A DNA stretch of 17,641 nucleotides from NCBI GenBank assembly GCA_018302765.1, contig JAGVZG010000010.1:1-17641 (forward strand). The letters run 5' to 3'. Positions within the stretch are counted from its first letter, which is position 1. Each line of letters begins with the position of its first letter. A model generated the notes under the pieces. That model saw nothing but the letters and a program-made list of their open reading frames with translations, ran no database searches and had not been told where the DNA came from. The position numbers and the translations under genes were made by a program. The stretch comes from Candidatus Woesearchaeota archaeon. Lineage in GTDB: Archaea; Nanobdellota; Nanobdellia; SCGC-AAA011-G17; GW2011-AR18. Shown piece after piece: positions 16,689 to 17,641 of this stretch.

Positions 16689-17396
16689 ATGCTGACAGAA
16701 AAACAAAAACAGATTATAAGGCTTTTATTAACTAATAAAGAAGGCTATAATGTAAACCAAATAGCTAGAATTCTTAGTATAAGCGTTAGTTGGACCCATG
16801 AAACTCTTAAATTTCTGGAAAGAGAAGGAATTTTAGCTTCAGCAAAAATTGCGAATTCTATTTTCTTTAAGGTAAATTGGAATAATCCAAAAGCAGAAAA
16901 AATATGTGATTTTATAATACTGGATGAACAGTCTAAAGAAAGCCTAATTAAAAAAGATGAAAAGCATACAAATAAATTTGAGAATAGTGTAAAAATAACT
17001 GATAAAAATAATTATGGCATAGCCAATAACCCAGTTAGTGAGTCAAATGTTTATAGTGTTGGTTCTAATTTATTATCTCCTACTATAGAAAGCCCTTATA
17101 GACAAGCTATAATAAATTCAAACCCCAATACATTTTCATATAGCGTTGCACCTGTTGGAGAGCAAGGCGTAACTAGTGTATTGTCAGCTTATGCAAACTC
17201 AGGAGCTTTTGGTACAAGCGCTTACAGCTCAAATTATAATACTTCAAGTAATACTCCTGTGCCTGCTGGAACTTTAGGATCTAGAATTTCAAGAAATGTT
17301 TCTGGATTCACTCTTGCAATGCATACTGCGTCACATAAAGATGTTACAAATTCTGGATGTAGATACTGCGGGCCTGAAATTAAAGCCCCTTTTTGA
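16689..17396 (+). CDS. Winged-HTH (MarR/ArsR-like) protein with S/N-rich low-complexity region and C-terminal H-x3-H-x7-C-x2-C motif
   Basis: LTEKQKQIIRLL...YNVNQIARILSISVSWTHETLKFLEREGIL...FKVN is a wHTH. Residues ~85-205 are S/N/T/G-rich. Tail MHTASHKDVTNSGCRYCGPEIKAPF. Confidence 0.75.
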   Translation: MLTEKQKQIIRLLLTNKEGYNVNQIARILSISVSWTHETLKFLEREGILASAKIANSIFFKVNWNNPKAEKICDFIILDEQSKESLIKKDEKHTNKFENSVKITDKNNYGIANNPVSESNVYSVGSNLLSPTIESPYRQAIINSNPNTFSYSVAPVGEQGVTSVLSAYANSGAFGTSAYSSNYNTSSNTPVPAGTLGSRISRNVSGFTLAMHTASHKDVTNSGCRYCGPEIKAPF

Positions 17397-17582
17397 TTAT
17401 TAATTCTAAGTAATTATAATAGTAAGATTTAAGTCTTTCACAAAAATGGAAAGCCAATAATAAAAAAGGAAATAGGTATGGCTTAAGAGCTGATGAAGGA
17501 TCTGTGATTGTCAGAGCAAGAAATTAGTTCTTTGTAAAATATCGGCTCTGTCCTGAATCTAAGTTCTAAGAATATTTATTAA

Positions 17583-17628
17583 CCCACGTAACCCGTTAGG
17601 GTTACAGGGGAAGGAGTTGTGGTCCTTC
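17583..17628 (+). promoter_or_regulatory. Two GC-rich hairpins preceding a possible ATG at the window edge
   Basis: GTAACCC-GTTA-GGGTTAC (17588-17605). GAAGGA (17610-15) pairs with TCCTTC (17623-28), directly before ATG AAA AAA GAA (17629). Confidence 0.4.
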
Positions 17629-17641
17629 ATGAAAAAAGAAG

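Noticed and set aside
17426-17527. Open frame DLSLSQKWKANNKKGNRYGLRADEGSVIVRARN
   Set aside because: No start codon and no recognisable family. At best an unidentifiable remnant.
17488-17560. CTGATGA as a hammerhead core or C/D-box sRNA
   Set aside because: No proper stem II closing CUGAUGA…GAAA, no D'/C' boxes, and poor spacing.
1-17641. CRISPR array, tRNA, rRNA, transposase or integrase
   Set aside because: No regularly spaced repeats, cloverleaf, rRNA-like tract or DDE/tyrosine/serine recombinase motifs were seen.

Overview
An AT-rich archaeal chromosome segment, most consistent with a DPANN lineage such as Woesearchaeota or Pacearchaeota. This is inferred from TATA-like boxes ~25 nt upstream of mostly leaderless genes, XPD, a DHH/DHHA1 protein and a small-genome gene set. 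Left end: a GC-rich nested hairpin, two tandem paralogous PD-(D/E)XK nucleases that both end in DVPF, and an unannotated decayed PemK/MazF toxin. Core region: gatB, an unannotated 51-aa SWIB-like basic protein, EamA and aromatic amino-acid-type transporters, a UPF0175-like/PIN gene pair, a frameshifted HD hydrolase, a DHH phosphoesterase, and an overlapping nrdJ + cobalamin adenosyltransferase pair. These are followed by a divergent degenerate HATPase_c-like protein and an XPD/Rad3 helicase. Right end: a ~0.7-kb GC-rich foreign segment (DsrE gene, unannotated Cys-rich mini-protein, operator-like repeats) abutting a 5'-truncated gene, then a wHTH protein with a low-complexity linker and H2C2 tail, and terminal hairpins. 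No rRNA, tRNA, CRISPR array or transposase was seen. All family calls are by motif recognition only; no searches were run.
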